Of a stretch of 64,000 nt of DNA, positions 62,656 through 64,000 are shown piece by piece. The stretch is from NCBI GenBank assembly GCA_964016885.1, contig OZ024752.1:20212001-20276000 (forward strand), given 5' to 3'. Both the position numbers and the translations under genes were made by a program. Position 1 is the stretch's first letter; each line of letters starts with the position of its first letter. The notes under the pieces were generated by a model, which did no database searches, was not told the DNA's origin, and saw only the letters and a program-made list of their open reading frames with translations. This DNA comes from Eledone cirrhosa (Eukaryota).

Positions 62656-64000
62656 TGTCTCTGGGCTAACCCTACCTGTATTCTTGTGATACCAGATACC
62701 AGCGACGTTACTCAGTGTTGTGATTTTGAGAGGTTATTGGCTCTGAAAGCTATTTGCTATGCACGTTGTTGAGTGTTAAATTTGCCACTTGTATTTTGTA
62801 TTTAGTATTTTATATTAAGTGGTATGCATAATAATAACCTGCTTCACCTAACCGTATGGAACCATCTGCTTTTGCCTGCTTTTATTCACTGATATGCACC
62901 TCAATTGTTTGCCCTTTGATGTTCGCATTGCTATATAAGAATTTGCCTGCAACCTTCCCAGCATATGTTCCTGCTTGAGATATGTTTATGGATACATCTT
63001 GTCAACCAATGATTTTTGCCTGAGTACTCAACTTTATGAATGCACATCCGCGGATTGAACTTTGAAGTATGAACTTTTGGGATTGTCTAACCTAGGATGT
63101 CTCCATTATATTGTAATAGTCCACTCATCTAGTGTGGACATCGCATCTGCTTATAAAGGTCTCATTCGAACACTCTATTGTTTGACTGCTGCTAATTGCA
63201 ACACCTAAAATTTTCTTGTATTCCTGATATATTCCTTATATCACCATGAATCAATATTAGTGTCACCTTATAATTTCTAAATTTTCTTAAAACATTATGA
63301 GTACTTTATATTAGTATTTAACAAAATTTTTATTTTTATTTTAATTTTATTTTATTAACTCAATTTACTGACATTATTTCCAATATTAGGAAACTAGCAC
63401 CTATACTACTATTATCATTACATGCCTTCATTATCATCCATATTATCCTTATTACCTTATTTACCCCCAGTTATTTTTATAAATATGTATTATTTTGACT
63501 GATATATATATATATCCTTATATATATGTTTCTTTTATATATTTTATATATTTTACGTATATCACTTGTTGCACATAGCTTGATAACTTATACCTTTGCC
63601 AGTCTCATCTTTATTCTCACCTTCCTTTATGGTGTATATTTTACTTTATTTTTTATCTAGTTTTTATCTATTTTTATCTCTTAACTTTTTTTAAAAAAAA
63701 TTTTTTTACCATGCATTTTATACTTTTTATATTCTTATTCCTTTATTGTTTATTTCTCATCCATTACGGTGTACTCCTTATGAGTTTCCTACCATGTATG
63801 TTCCTTCCGTTATTTGTCCTTATGTTCCCATATTTTTATATGTTTTTATAATTTATTATATCTCTTTATATTGTACTCCTCCATGTTATATGTCATCGTT
63901 TCTACTGTTATTGCTATATTTTGTCACAGTATGGAGTATGTGCCCATCCGTTTTTGATATGTTATTTGTATTAGTGTATACTTTCTGTATTGCTTATGGG

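Noticed and set aside
62680-64000. Upstream (CUB or LDLa) exon of the receptor gene
   Set aside because: No recognisable reading frame with splice sites found by eye; a small exon elsewhere in 26-64 kb cannot be excluded.

Overview
Eukaryotic animal DNA, AT-rich and dominated by repeats; the SINE and RTE families point to an octopod cephalopod (inference). The minus strand carries the last four exons of an LRP12/LRP3/LRP10-type receptor gene: three phase-1 LDLa exons (25707-25823, 8178-8294, 4063-4185) and a terminal exon (597-1732) with the TM helix and PPSY tail. No upstream exon was found, so 25.8-64 kb is probably one intron over 38 kb. The introns contain RTE LINEs (one near-complete BovB-like element, two families with a PHD finger inside the RT, a fourth family, and a bipartite non-autonomous derivative), DD37D/maT transposons, tRNA-derived SINEs, a CR1-like 5' fragment, a possible Helitron, three Penelope-like GIY-YIG remnants, minisatellites and kb-scale degenerate (TA)n tracts. 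The main signal missing from the ORF track is about 12 minimal type-I hammerhead ribozyme motifs from several sequence families. They sit in Penelope 3' ends or in short non-coding, often fold-back islands that abut the TA tracts. Seven are in the sense orientation of the host pre-mRNA, and some carry core variants (U3:A8, U4C). All coordinates and folds were read by eye; no search or folding program was run.
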